Source of the DNA: Actinomycetes bacterium | GTDB taxonomy: Bacteria; Actinomycetota; Thermoleophilia; Gaiellales; Gaiellaceae | DNA: 42,791 bases | Direction: 5' to 3' | NCBI GenBank assembly: GCA_030598925.1 | Contig: JAUVPB010000001.1 | Span: 1 to 42,791, forward strand | Shown here: piece by piece, positions 27,430-34,813 of the stretch | Position numbering within the stretch: the stretch's first letter is position 1 | Layout of the letters: every line of letters starts with the position of its first letter | Translations under genes and position numbers: made by a program | The notes under the pieces: generated by a model | What the model was told of the DNA's origin: nothing | Seen by the model: the letters and a program-made list of their open reading frames with translations, nothing else | Database searches by the model: none

Positions 27430-28118
27430 GTGACCTCCGATGGATTGTCGGCCGTTGAGCAGAGGTTGCGGTTGTTCATCTACGAGTTCGTGATCGAGCG
27501 CGACGGTGCCCGACTCTCAATGAGATCGCGGTCGAGGGCGAGCTAACGCCGTTCGAGGCGCAGATCGTGCTCGAGCAACTCGCCGATCTTCACGCCGCGA
27601 TCGTTCTCTCCCCGGGTTCGCCAAACGTGTGGCTAGCGGATCCGTTTGCCGCGCTTCCGACTCCGCATCCGGTATACGCCGACGGACACTGCTGGTTTGG
27701 CATGTGCGTCTGGGACGCACTGGCGATCCTGGCCGTGACGGGGCTCGACGGACGCGCGCCCACTCTTTGCCCGATCTCCGGCGAGGCGCTCGAGCTCCAG
27801 GTGCAGGACGGCGACCTCGTTCGCAAGGACGGCGTCGTGCACTTCGCCGTTCCTGCAGCCGACTGGTGGCGCGACGTTGGATTCACCTGAGCAACCATGC
27901 AGCTCTTCTGGTCGGAAGACGACGTGGACGAATGGGTGGCGCGCAGCGGTCATTCGAAGGGCGCGGTGTTTGGCGTGGAGCAACTCTGGCCTCTCGCGCA
28001 GCGCTGGTACGACGATCGACGTGAGCTCGAGTGGCGGCGAAAAAGTGCGCGCGAGCGCCAGGCGATCCTCGATGACGTTGGTCTCGTGGGTCCGTTCTGG
28101 CAGGTCGGCTCTCGGTAG
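27430..28118 (+). pseudogene. Alkylmercury-lyase (MerB) family gene, disrupted as literally written: a 1-nt frameshift near 27510 and an in-frame TGA at 27888-27890 (possible selenocysteine codon)
   Basis: Three collinear pieces:
- Frame 1: VTSDGLSAVEQRLRLFIYEFVIERDGA.
- Frame 0: PTLNEIAVEGELTPFEAQIVLEQLADLH...GMCVWDALAIL...LCPISGEALEL...WWRDVGFT, then TGA.
- Frame 0 continues after the TGA: ATMQLFWSEDDVDEWVARSG...
These match MerB CALDTL (Cys96/Asp99), HCAATGAPVSL and [15 protein letters not shown]..EDW. The track shows the pieces as ORFs 27325-27546, 27567-27890 and 27897-28118. Confidence 0.7.
27895..27927 (+). other. Candidate bacterial SECIS-like hairpin downstream of the TGA at 27888
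   Basis: Upper stem tcttct (27904-27909) pairs with ggaaga (27914-27919), 5 Watson-Crick pairs plus 1 GU. It is capped by the tetraloop GGTC (27910-27913), which starts 20 nt after the TGA. An interrupted lower helix 27895-27902 / 27920-27927 is possible. Folded by eye only. Confidence 0.35.
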
Positions 28119-28123
28119 AGCCG

Positions 28124-29839
28124 CTACGGGCGCCAGGCGTTGGTGATCGGCAGCCGCCGGTCGCGCCCGAATGCCTTCGGCCGCAGCTTCACGCCGGGTG
28201 GTGCCTGCCGCCTCTTGTACTCGGCACGGTCGGTCAGACTGATCGCTCGATCGACGACCGCTTCGCTGAACCCGTCGCTCAGGATCTCGTCACGAGATCG
28301 ATCGAGCTCCACGTACGCCTCGAGCACGGCATCGAGCTCGGCGTAGGGCGGCAAAGAGTCGTCGTCGCGTTGGTCCGCTCGCAGCTCGGCGCTCGGCGGC
28401 CGCTCGATGATCGAGACGGGAACGACCTCGCGGCCTGCTCGCTCGTTCAGGTGGCGCGACAGCCTGAAGACGTCGGTCTTGTAGACGTCCTTGATCAGGG
28501 CGAACCCGCCCGCCATGTCGCCGTACAGCGTCGCGTACCCGACCGAGTACTCGCTCTTGTTGCCGGTCGCGAGGAGCAGCCAGCCGAACTTGTTCGACAA
28601 CGCCATCAGGAGGGTTCCACGGATGCGGGCCTGGATGTTCTCTTCGGCTACGCCGATGTCGGTCTCGCGGAACGGCTCCTCGAGGAGCTGCGCAAACGAC
28701 GCCACGGCCGGCTCGATCGGGAGCTCCAGGAACCGCGTCCCGAGCGTGTCGGCGACGAGTCGGGCGTCTGACTGAGTCTCGGCCGACGAGTAGCGCGATG
28801 GCATCGAGACGAGAACGACGTGGTCCGGCCCGAGAGCGTCCACCGCGAGCGCTGCTGTGAGTGCCGAATCGATCCCGCCGGAGATGCCGATCACGACATC
28901 GCTGAAATTGTTCTTCATCGCGTAGTCAGTGAGGCCCAGTACGAGCGCCCGCCGCATCTCCTCGAGCTCGGCGAGAGCCGGCGCGCGGGCCGGGTCCGTT
29001 GCCTCGGCATTGTCACGTGGCACGCCGAGCTCGACCAGGTCTGCTGCGGGCGGTCCGCCCCGTTCACGCGCGAGACTGCGCCGCCTCGTTTCCCTGAGTC
29101 GCTGCGAGACGGTGCCGGAGGTGTCGACATCGACGACGAGCAGCGCTTCCTCGAATGCCGGAGCACGCGCGACGATCTCGCCCTCCTGGTCGAAGACCAG
29201 CGAGTGCCCGTCGAAGACGAGCTCATCCTGGCCGCCGACCGCATTTACGAACGCCACCCAGCAAGCGTTGTCGCGCGCGCGGGTCGAGAGCATGCGCTCG
29301 CGCTCGCCGCCCTTCCCGACGTGGAAGGGTGAGGCCGAGATGTTTGCGATGACGTGCGCGCCGGCCAGTGCCAGGTCGGTTGCAGGCGGCCCGGGCTGCC
29401 AGATGTCCTCGCACACCGTCGGGCCGACGAGTGAGTCGCCGACCCGTAGCAGTACGAGGTCGCGGCCTCCCTGGAAGTAGCGGTGCTCGTCGAACACGCC
29501 GTAGTTCGGCAGAAACCGCTTTCGGTAGATCGTCTCGATACCGCCCTCGTGACAGACAGCGCAGGCGTTGAAGAGGTCGCGGTCGAGCTCAGGAAAGCCC
29601 ACGAGCGCGGTGATCCCGGTGCACTCGGACGCGATTGCGTCGAGCTCGCTGCGGGCACGTTGTACGAACGCCGTTCGAAGGAGGAGATCCTCGGGTGGGT
29701 AGCCCGTCACTGCGAGCTCCGGGAACAGGACGAGGTCGACGCCTTGCGAGCGTGCGGCGTCGATCGTTTCGACGATTCGTCGCCTGTTGCCGGCCAGGTC
29801 GCCGACGGTCGAATTGAGCTGAGCGAGCCCTAGGCGCAT
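28124..29839 (-). CDS. nadE: Glutamine-dependent NAD+ synthetase
   Basis: N-terminal nitrilase/CN-hydrolase domain (LVLFPELAVTGYPPEDL; ..CEDIWQP..) and C-terminal synthetase domain with the PP-loop GISGGIDSAL; 571 aa. Confidence 0.93.
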   Translation of the reverse strand: MRLGLAQLNSTVGDLAGNRRRIVETIDAARSQGVDLVLFPELAVTGYPPEDLLLRTAFVQRARSELDAIASECTGITALVGFPELDRDLFNACAVCHEGGIETIYRKRFLPNYGVFDEHRYFQGGRDLVLLRVGDSLVGPTVCEDIWQPGPPATDLALAGAHVIANISASPFHVGKGGERERMLSTRARDNACWVAFVNAVGGQDELVFDGHSLVFDQEGEIVARAPAFEEALLVVDVDTSGTVSQRLRETRRRSLARERGGPPAADLVELGVPRDNAEATDPARAPALAELEEMRRALVLGLTDYAMKNNFSDVVIGISGGIDSALTAALAVDALGPDHVVLVSMPSRYSSAETQSDARLVADTLGTRFLELPIEPAVASFAQLLEEPFRETDIGVAEENIQARIRGTLLMALSNKFGWLLLATGNKSEYSVGYATLYGDMAGGFALIKDVYKTDVFRLSRHLNERAGREVVPVSIIERPPSAELRADQRDDDSLPPYAELDAVLEAYVELDRSRDEILSDGFSEAVVDRAISLTDRAEYKRRQAPPGVKLRPKAFGRDRRLPITNAWRP

Positions 29840-29918
29840 GGCCAGTCCGAGGATACCGACTCAGGGGCGAAATCCCCCTGGCGGGCCGGTGAGAGCGTTG
29901 TCACGAGTCGCGCTCGGG

Positions 29919-30947
29919 TCATGCCCTGAGCGCATCAGCAGCGAGCCGCACGTCATCGCTGTCGTTGTAGAGATGGAAGGCGACGCGGATCGACCCGGTC
30001 CGCACCGCGCAGGTGACGTCGGCCGCACGGAGCCGCTCTCTCGCCGCAGTCGGATCCGCGACCTGGACCTGAACGATCGGACTCTCCGGCTCCGCTGCGC
30101 CGACCGCCGCAGTGAACTCGCGAGCGAGCTCGATGTTGTGGGCCGCGATCGACCTGGGGCCGAGGTCGGCGATCAGCGACAGGCTCTCGCGCGCGCCAGC
30201 TGCTGCGAGCCAGGAGAGCGAGACGTCGTGCACGCGGGCGTCGGCGGTCAGCTCGTCCGGTATTCCGTAGAAGCGCTCGTAGGGCTGCGCTCGGCCCTTC
30301 CAGCCCGACAGCCACGGTTCGAGCTCGTCGAGCCGGTCGTCCCGTATCGAGAGGAAGCCGAGGCCGCGGGGACAGAGCAGCCACTTGTACGCGTGACAGG
30401 CGAAGTAGTCGATCGCCGCCGCGTCGACCTCGACCGCCCCGACCGCCTGGCTCCCGTCCACGAACAGACGTGCTCCGGTGCGAGTGAGCCCTTCGAGGTC
30501 GACGACCCGACCCGTGGCCGACTGCACCAAGCTGACCGCGACGAGTGCCGTCCGCGCGTCTACGGCGTCGATCACGTCGTCGAACGGGACCGACCGCAGT
30601 TCGACGCCGCGCGTTCGAAGAGCGTCGAACGCGAGCACGGTCGAGGTGAAGTCGTCCTCGTAGATCACCACGTTGTCGCCCACGCCGGCCGGCAGGCTCG
30701 CCGCCACGAGTCCCGCTGCGATCGAAACCGCTGGCATCATCGCGACGTTTCGGCGGCTGACGCCGACGAGGCCCCCAAACAGTCGCCGGCACTCCTCGCC
30801 GTCCTCCTCCCACGTCATCCAATCGCCTCGCGCTGCCCACCGATCGGTCGCCTTCCGCAGCGCGCGCAGGGTCGATTTCGGGGGCAGTCCATAGGTTGTC
30901 GTGTCGAGGTAGCCCCTCGTGTTGACGAACTCAGACGGCGCGAGCAA
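29919..30947 (-). CDS. Class V aminotransferase-fold PLP-dependent enzyme (cysteine desulfurase / selenocysteine-lyase-like fold, function unknown)
   Basis: ..LFVDGSQAVG.. and ..FACHAYKWLLCPRGLGFL.. (the PLP-lysine motif HxxKW). It overlaps the upstream acs-like gene by 17 nt. Confidence 0.75.
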   Translation of the reverse strand: MLAPSEFVNTRGYLDTTTYGLPPKSTLRALRKATDRWAARGDWMTWEEDGEECRRLFGGLVGVSRRNVAMMPAVSIAAGLVAASLPAGVGDNVVIYEDDFTSTVLAFDALRTRGVELRSVPFDDVIDAVDARTALVAVSLVQSATGRVVDLEGLTRTGARLFVDGSQAVGAVEVDAAAIDYFACHAYKWLLCPRGLGFLSIRDDRLDELEPWLSGWKGRAQPYERFYGIPDELTADARVHDVSLSWLAAAGARESLSLIADLGPRSIAAHNIELAREFTAAVGAAEPESPIVQVQVADPTAARERLRAADVTCAVRTGSIRVAFHLYNDSDDVRLAADALRA

Positions 30948-32853
30948 TCAGCTTCACCGCCTCCGGATTCTCGATCGATGAGACGTCGCCCGGATCCTTG
31001 CCAAGCGCTGCAGCTCGAACTGCGCGGCGGACAATCTTCGCGCTTCGCGTCTTCGGGAGCGAGCTAACGAGTACGACGCGTGCCGGCTTGAAAGCCTTGC
31101 CGAGTTCGGCGGAGACGAGCTCGGACACCTCCTCGGGCAGGGCCTCTGGATCACGCGCCTCCGGAGCGACGCAGAAGAGCCACGCCACCTCACCCTTGAG
31201 CTCGTCCGGTATTCCAACCGCCGCCGCTTCGACGACGTCGGTATGCGCGACAGCGGCCGACTCGAGCTCGGCGGGCCCAATGCGTTTGCCGGCGACGTTC
31301 AAGGTGTCGTCGGAACGACCGTGGAGGAACCAGTAGCCGTCCTCATCGATTGTGGCCCAGTCGCCGTGCACCCACACGCCTGGGATTGTGCGCCAGTACG
31401 TGTCGAGGTAGCGTTCCTCGTCACGCCAGAATCCTCTGGTCATGCCGGGCCATGGCTTGCGGCAGATGAGTTCCCCGACCTCGCCTCTCACCGGTTTTCC
31501 GTCTTCATCGACGACGTCGACGGCCATGCCGAGCGCCGGAAAGCCAAGCGACAGGGCCTTGATCGGGATGGCCGGCGACGGCGACAGGAAGCAGGCGCCG
31601 ACCTCTGTTCCGCCGGAGCAGTTGATGATCGGGCAGCGGCCGCCGCCGATCGTCTCGAATAACCACTCGTATGGGCCCGGATTCCAGGGCTCGCCGGTCG
31701 TGACCATCAGACGAAGTGAGCTGAGGTCGGCGTCGGGGTCGCCGCGGGGAATAAGTGTTCGAACGAGAGTTGGTGAGAGTCCGAGCAGCGTCACGCGCTC
31801 TCGCTCGATCAGTTTCCACAGTCGGTCGTGCGGCCAGTCCGGCGCACCCTCCGCAAAGACGATCGTCGAGCCTGCGGCTCCCGCGCCGACCAGCAACCAG
31901 GGGCCCATGATCCAGCCCATGTCAGTGGCGAAGTGGAAGACGTCGCCGGCCTTTGCGTCGGCCTGGTACATGGCTTCGCGCGCGATCGCCACGAGAAAGC
32001 TTCCCTGCACGTGGACCGTCCCCTTGGGCCGGCCAGTCGTGCCCGACGTATAGATCAGGAGGTACGGCGCCTCCGAGTCGAGCTCGAGCGGCGCGAGCGT
32101 GCCCGGCGCGTCGGCGACGAGCTCCTCCCAGAAGCTGTCGCGACCCGGTGTCATCGGCGCGGAGTCGTTGCCAAGCCGCTGCCACACGATGACGTGCTCG
32201 ACGGTCGGTGCCCCTACGAGCGCCTCGTCCACCGTCGCCTTCATTGGTAGCTCGCGACCGCGTCGAAGCGAGCCGTCGGCGGTGATGACGATCTTCGCCT
32301 CGGCGTCTCGCAGACGCTGGGCAACCGCCTGTGCGGCAAAGCCCGAGAAGATCGGTACCTGGATGGCGCCCACATGCGCGCAGGCGTGCGAGGCGATGGC
32401 CGCCTCCGGCGACATGGGTAGGTAGATGGCGACCCGGTCGCCGACGCCTACCCCGAGCGCGACCAGCGCCTCCGCCAGGCGAGTCACCTGCTCGGAGAGC
32501 TCGGAGAACGTGACCGATCGCCTGGCGCCGTCCTCGCCCGCGAACACCGCGGCCGGGCTGTCTGACAGCTCGCCCGCGGCGAACCGATGCACGCAGTTCC
32601 ACGCGATGTTGACCTTGCCGCCGTTGAACCAGGTCGCGAACTCGGGTCCGCGTGAGGTATCGATCAGGCTGTCCCAAGGCCGGGAGAACTCGAGACCCAT
32701 GTCGTCGACCGCGAGCGGCCAGAACCACTCTGGGTCGTCAGCCGAACGTTGAACGAGCTCCGCGTAGGTCGAGATGCCGGCGCGGACCATAAGTCGACCG
32801 ACGTTCGACGCCGCGACGACGGCCTCAGTCGGTGACCAGATCGGCTCCGCCAC
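30931..32853 (-). CDS. Acetyl-CoA synthetase-family AMP-forming acyl-CoA ligase
   Basis: 640 aa. N-terminus ..DPEWFWPLA....WFNGGKVNIAWNCV.. resembles Acs. AMP motif LLIYTSGTTGRPKG. ..TGEPWN.., ..HGDWATIDEDGYWFLHGRSDD.. and C-terminal ..PKTRSAKIVRR. Confidence 0.85.
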   Translation of the reverse strand: MAEPIWSPTEAVVAASNVGRLMVRAGISTYAELVQRSADDPEWFWPLAVDDMGLEFSRPWDSLIDTSRGPEFATWFNGGKVNIAWNCVHRFAAGELSDSPAAVFAGEDGARRSVTFSELSEQVTRLAEALVALGVGVGDRVAIYLPMSPEAAIASHACAHVGAIQVPIFSGFAAQAVAQRLRDAEAKIVITADGSLRRGRELPMKATVDEALVGAPTVEHVIVWQRLGNDSAPMTPGRDSFWEELVADAPGTLAPLELDSEAPYLLIYTSGTTGRPKGTVHVQGSFLVAIAREAMYQADAKAGDVFHFATDMGWIMGPWLLVGAGAAGSTIVFAEGAPDWPHDRLWKLIERERVTLLGLSPTLVRTLIPRGDPDADLSSLRLMVTTGEPWNPGPYEWLFETIGGGRCPIINCSGGTEVGACFLSPSPAIPIKALSLGFPALGMAVDVVDEDGKPVRGEVGELICRKPWPGMTRGFWRDEERYLDTYWRTIPGVWVHGDWATIDEDGYWFLHGRSDDTLNVAGKRIGPAELESAAVAHTDVVEAAAVGIPDELKGEVAWLFCVAPEARDPEALPEEVSELVSAELGKAFKPARVVLVSSLPKTRSAKIVRRAVRAAALGKDPGDVSSIENPEAVKLIARAV

Positions 32854-32883
32854 GGCCGCCCTAGCCTAGCCGAGGTGTCGAGC

Positions 32884-33134
32884 GAGCCCCGGTGCCGCGG
32901 CTCTCGTCAGGCCCTGCGGGCGCAGGCCGGCAGGGACGGTACCACCGCCGGAAGCGGTGGTACCGTCGCCGGAGCCGTGCAGCCTCCCATTCTCTGCTTG
33001 CTGTGCTGTGGCGACTGCCCGGGGCTCCGGCCTTGCGGCCTGGCCTGAACCCCGGGCGTTCGTGTCGCCTAGCAGCGGAGTGACTCTGTGGAGCCACTCC
33101 CGTTGCTCCCCCGCCGTGGCGTCCGGCGACGGTA
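32884..33134. other. Highly structured roughly 250-nt element in a 359-bp divergent intergenic region (candidate ncRNA or leader; class and strand unknown)
   Basis: - Helix A: perfect 14-bp stem 32935-32948 / 32954-32967 with loop CGGAA, extended by ccggc (32927-32931) / gccgg (32968-32972).
- Helix B: gcgac..cccgggg (33011-33024) pairs with ccccggg..gtcgc (33050-33068), with an inner GGCC hairpin.
- Helix C: 33071-33082 / 33095-33107, 12 bp with one bulge.
- In addition, 32961-32973 is perfectly complementary (13 nt) to 33122-33134. Confidence 0.35.
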
Positions 33135-33140
33135 CGCGAA

Positions 33141-33208
33141 GACTCTAACGAGGTCTGAGCTCAGAGTCAAGTAGATAGGTGAAGTGCAAGTACATCACTA
33201 TACTTCAC
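33141..33208 (+). promoter_or_regulatory. AT-richer promoter/operator region of the XRE-TPR regulator: a 12-bp perfect palindrome, a 7-bp inverted repeat and a TATACT -10 box
   Basis: - TCTGAGCTCAGA at 33154-33165, flanked by gactct/agagtc.
- GTGAAGT (33179-33185) and ACTTCAC (33202-33208), separated by 16 nt.
- TATACT at 33199-33204 ends 8 nt before the ATG at 33213, which suggests a leaderless or near-leaderless mRNA. Confidence 0.4.
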
Positions 33209-33212
33209 GAGG

Positions 33213-34562
33213 ATGGACGCTCCGTCAACGCTCAGGACCCAGGGAACGTCGAGCACGCCTGCCGGGTCCCCTGAAACGCTTGGCAGCCGCGTTCGCGAGG
33301 CGCGGCTCGCGAACCGCATGACGCAGACCGAGCTCGCCGGCGGGCGGTTCTCGAAGGAGTACATCTCGCAGATAGAGCGAGGGCGAACGACACCGCCACA
33401 CCGGACGCTCGAATGGCTTGCGCAACAGCTCGAGCTCGACGTCGAGCTGCTCGCCACCGGCGTGTCGCGCCCTCGTCGTGAGCAGCTCGAGGCGATGCTG
33501 CTTCGCGCCGAAGCGGCGATCGCGCGCGCTGACTACGCCGAAGCTCTACGAGAGACCGAACCGCTCGCCTCCGCGGTGGATGTCCCCGAGGCGATCGAGC
33601 TGCGCTCACTTCTCGCACGCTCCTGGTCGCTGATGTACGAAGGGTCGGTGGAGCAGGCGCTCGACGTGCTCAGCGGCGCTCGCGCGCTGGCCGAGCGAGA
33701 CGCCTTCGACGACGTCCACCGTGCCGAGGTCCTGTACCGGATCGCGTGTTGTCGCTACCGACTCTCATCCATCAGCACGGCGCTCGCTCTGTTCGACGAG
33801 GCGATCGTGCTCGCCGATCGCGGCGGCCGGCCCTGCGATCAGCTGCGTGCCCATATCTTCGAGTGGCGTTCGCGCTGCTACCGGCGGCAACGCGACTGGC
33901 AGGCAGCCCATGACGACATTCAGCGAGCGCTCGAGCTTGCGCACGGCCTCGACGACCACGAGACGGTCGCGCACGTGCTCTTCCAGGCCTCGCTGGTCGC
34001 CGAGCGAAACGGCCAGTTCGAGCTGGCACGCGAGTATGCCGAGGACGCGCGGTCGCGGTACGAGGCGCTCTCTGATCGAGTCAACGTTGGGCGCCTGCTC
34101 AACAACCTTGGCGGGCTGAGCTTCCTGATCGGCGATACGAGCTCTGCCGTCGCGCAACTCAAGGACGCATTCCGGATCGCCCTCGAGGTCGGCAACGACA
34201 GCGACGCCGGCTACGCAGTGTCCTCCCTGGCTCAGGTGCATCTCAGGAGCGGTGATCCACTTCTCGCCGAGGAACAGGCTCGGGAGGCGCTCGAGTTGCT
34301 TGGCGACCGCCCGGACGTACTCGACGAGGTCGGCAACGCGCGACTCGTGCTGGGCAGAGCTCTGACCGAGCAGGGCCGTCTGGACGAGGCGACCGCCGTC
34401 CTCGACGCCGCCGACGCCGCGATGGGGTTAACCGAGTCGGTCAGCCATCGGGCCGCGGTCTGGGTGGCGCAGGGTGATCTCGCCACTCGCCGCGGCGACG
34501 TCGGGCGAGCATCGTCGCTCTACCGCGATGCCGCGCAGGCGCTCCAGGACTTCCACTTCTAG
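33213..34562 (+). CDS. XRE-family HTH transcriptional regulator with a long TPR-like C-terminal domain
   Basis: HTH LGSRVREARLANRMTQTELAGGRFSKEYISQIERGRTTP, followed by about 370 aa of repeated helical A/L/R-rich TPR-like units. Confidence 0.85.
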   Translation: MDAPSTLRTQGTSSTPAGSPETLGSRVREARLANRMTQTELAGGRFSKEYISQIERGRTTPPHRTLEWLAQQLELDVELLATGVSRPRREQLEAMLLRAEAAIARADYAEALRETEPLASAVDVPEAIELRSLLARSWSLMYEGSVEQALDVLSGARALAERDAFDDVHRAEVLYRIACCRYRLSSISTALALFDEAIVLADRGGRPCDQLRAHIFEWRSRCYRRQRDWQAAHDDIQRALELAHGLDDHETVAHVLFQASLVAERNGQFELAREYAEDARSRYEALSDRVNVGRLLNNLGGLSFLIGDTSSAVAQLKDAFRIALEVGNDSDAGYAVSSLAQVHLRSGDPLLAEEQAREALELLGDRPDVLDEVGNARLVLGRALTEQGRLDEATAVLDAADAAMGLTESVSHRAAVWVAQGDLATRRGDVGRASSLYRDAAQALQDFHF

Positions 34563-34813
34563 ACCGGTGGGGCGGGTTGGCAAAGGAGCCCGCGGCTGGG
34601 TCGCGAATGACTCGCGATGATGCAGACACCTGTTCGACACTACGACGACGCCGGGGAGCCTCGGCCCTCGTTGCGGCCGCTCACGCCGGTTCTCGTGCTC
34701 CTCGGGGGCGCGTGGTTCGCCGCCGCCGCGATGATTCTGATTCGCCTCGTCTGAAACCTGCAGCGGCTCAGAGCAATCCGGCCCCGTCGTCCGCTCGTAG
34801 GGCTTGAGGGAGT

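Noticed and set aside
27502-27514. Programmed -1 ribosomal frameshift as an explanation for the MerB-like frame change
   Set aside because: The site (gac ggt gcc cga) has no X XXY YYZ slippery heptamer and no obvious downstream pseudoknot. An indel in the CCC run is the simpler explanation.
33040-33062. Minus-strand GGGGTTCAGGCC, checked as a tRNA T-loop or as a tRNA-Sec anticodon loop (UCA)
   Set aside because: I could not build a cloverleaf. The flanking arms do not give an acceptor stem or D arm, position 32 of the would-be anticodon loop is a purine, and the stem has a C-A mismatch. It is more simply part of helix B of the structured intergenic element.
32884-33134. Tried to assign the structured intergenic element to known classes (cobalamin, TPP, glycine, FMN riboswitches; SRP, RNase P, tmRNA, 6S)
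   Set aside because: None of the conserved cores I remember is present. I looked for GCCACUG with a GGGAA..GGUG context, CUGAGA..ACCUGAUCUGGAUAAUGCCAGCG, GGAAAGUCC, the GGUUCGA..CCACCA tail, and the SRP GGAA tetraloop with symmetric loop. I left it as an unknown class rather than forcing a name.
34577-34807. 76-aa ORF in the gap between the XRE-TPR gene and the lipoprotein gene
   Set aside because: The translation is Arg/Ala-rich with no motif and no RBS, and it occupies what is more likely the lipoprotein promoter/leader region.
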